From Patellaria atrata CBS 101060 (Eukaryota), in the NCBI GenBank assembly GCA_010093705.1, contig MU006091.1:620001-684000 (forward strand): a stretch of 64,000 bases of DNA. Reading direction: 5' to 3'. A program made the position numbers and the translations under genes. Within the stretch, counting starts at the first letter, position 1; every line of letters begins with the position of its first letter. The notes below the pieces were generated by a model. That model saw only the letters and a list, made by a program, of their open reading frames with translations. It was not told where the DNA came from and did not search any database. Of this stretch, positions 63,191-64,000 are shown in pieces.

Positions 63191-64000
63191 TCACTACACG
63201 CCCCACCGCTTCAGATCCATACTGTACTGTATGTTTATGATACCCGACCTTTTGTAGGATAATTCTAAAAAGCCCTATTATTTGATAAGATGAATATCTT
63301 CGAAGTTATTGGAGGTTAAAAAGCCGTATACGGATTAAAGATATAGCCCTATGGAAAAGGAGTGTTTCTACATCTCGAAAGTAATAATGTTCAAGGTCAA
63401 AACTTTTTGCAGTCCGTTTACTCCCGTCCGTGTATTAAACAAGGTAACCCCGTTTTAAGCCCTCTTACGCAGCCCCTACCTACCTCATTCCATAGTTTTA
63501 TGATCCGTACCTTAGAATCCGTGATACAATTTCGTACTTTGGAATTATAAAGTAATATACCCCTATTTATCTGGATTCTCCTTTCTCCTTTCTCCTTCTA
63601 CTCTCTATACCACAGTACTACTATGGAGCTAGAACCTGGCACAGACGGGAGGAAAATAGTTACAAAAGCCGTTAAAAAAAATTTGGCATCGGATATCCAA
63701 GGTCAGTACAGTCATGTCAAAGGATTTTCATATCCGAGCGTATACGTACAAGAGTCAAAACATACGACGTCAAAGGGGTAGTAAAAGTTCATCTATCAAA
63801 TTAGATATATCATTAGAAGACTATATTCCGGATCTCAGATCCAAGTCGCCTGCTCCTGGCCTCTCTTCTCAAGGCGCCAAATCCAACCTCACGTCGCCAT
63901 CCGCCTGCCCATGAAACCGTTTCGTCAACAGCGATTCTGTGCACGGTAGCGATATAGGGACAGGTTTGATCTCCAGCAAAAGGGGGCGACCCGTTAGTGC

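Noticed and set aside
63714..64000. Gene start at the window end
   Set aside because: 66-aa ORF without motifs; the region is truncated by the window and cannot be judged.

Overview
Gene-dense eukaryotic DNA from a filamentous ascomycete (Pezizomycotina-type short GT-AG introns with CTRAC branch points), with two 100-N assembly gaps. It holds about 25 protein-coding genes and one intron-containing tRNA-Val(AAC). Many genes are conserved housekeeping or signalling genes: URC4/urg3-like, GTR1, Zn2Cys6 TF, ribokinase, ferric reductase, IMPACT/YIH1, TRM61, SGT1, calcineurin A and NPY1. There is also an 18-bp minisatellite and at least one clear pseudogene (PD-(D/E)XK nuclease-like), plus weaker gene relics. 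The best candidate for an undescribed system is the head-to-head pair at 55.5-60.3 kb: an atypical HSPA12-like Hsp70 and a single-pass membrane protein whose cytosolic domain looks GrpE/MIEAP-like. Other notable signals are a stand-alone WRN-type exonuclease with three HRDC repeats, three Mac1-type ATGTGCTC sites upstream of the reductase, and a recurrent C-rich to G-rich switch near many gene 3' ends. All family assignments come from motif recognition by eye, not from database searches.
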